DNA of 16,232 nucleotides from Candidatus Hadarchaeota archaeon (GTDB lineage Archaea > CAYQAE01 > CAYVLA01), in NCBI GenBank assembly GCA_964621445.1, contig CAZUNO010000043.1:1-16232 (forward strand). The letters are read 5' to 3'. Below, piece by piece: positions 16,085 through 16,232 of the stretch; positions within the stretch are counted from its first letter, which is position 1; each line of letters begins with the position of its first letter. The notes under the pieces were generated by a model that worked only from the letters and a program-made list of their open reading frames with translations, did not search any database and was not told where the DNA came from. A program made the position numbers and the translations under genes.

Positions 16085-16232
16085 TTACTCGACCAAATGC
16101 GAAGCTCCTATTCTGGCTGATCCTACAGCGGAAAGGAGGATAATTAGCAATACAGTTAGGAGATCTTGACCTTCTGATATTTTTGCTTGGCATAGCCTTG
16201 CTAATGAGTTTAGTAGTTTCTTGTTCGCTGCT
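16085..16232 (-). CDS. 3' end of a gene entering from the right edge; C-terminally anchored protein (partial)
   Basis: Not in the ORF track. The minus frame from 16231 reads AANKKLLNSLARLCQAKISEGQDLLTVLLIILLSAVGSARIGASHLVE* (TAA at 16087-16085). It converges on the 16063 stop with a 21-bp gap, and its I-S-E + TM tail resembles the neighbouring proteins. Confidence 0.6.
   Translation of the reverse strand, partial: AANKKLLNSLARLCQAKISEGQDLLTVLLIILLSAVGSARIGASHLVE

Noticed and set aside
16131-16232. Plus-strand GGAGGA followed by a hydrophobic frame (…DLLIFLLGIALLMSLVVSCSL) resembling a signal peptide
   Set aside because: There is no canonical start at SD distance (stop at 16141-16143), and the minus-strand open frame with a stop at 16085 explains the region better.
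1-16232. CRISPR array, tRNA/rRNA, integrase or defence genes
   Set aside because: No spaced direct repeats, no intergenic space large enough for structured RNAs, and no nuclease or recombinase motifs seen.

Overview
About 50% GC, gene-dense window that reads as archaeal: TATA-like boxes lie about 29-34 nt upstream of several apparently leaderless starts, there are GGTGAGG/GAGGTG Shine-Dalgarno sites, and the surface proteins carry PEF-CTERM-like tails. The left half holds metabolic genes: an MFS transporter, an atypical AAC(3)/YokD-family acetyltransferase coupled to a beta-keto acid cleavage enzyme, nicotinamidase PncA and a D-2-hydroxyacid dehydrogenase. The centre is a cytoplasmic sulfate-ester cluster: a canonical Cys-type sulfatase, a convergent Thr-type sulfatase-like enzyme, and an alpha/beta hydrolase and an aryl-sulfate sulfotransferase transcribed from a symmetric divergent promoter. 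The right half holds a frameshifted GATase1-like membrane protein gene, an Asp-box (BNR) surface protein, MscS, a large beta-propeller + CBM-like surface protein and the 3' end of another C-terminally anchored protein. No RNA genes, CRISPR arrays or intact mobile elements were seen. All calls come from motif recognition by eye; no searches were run.
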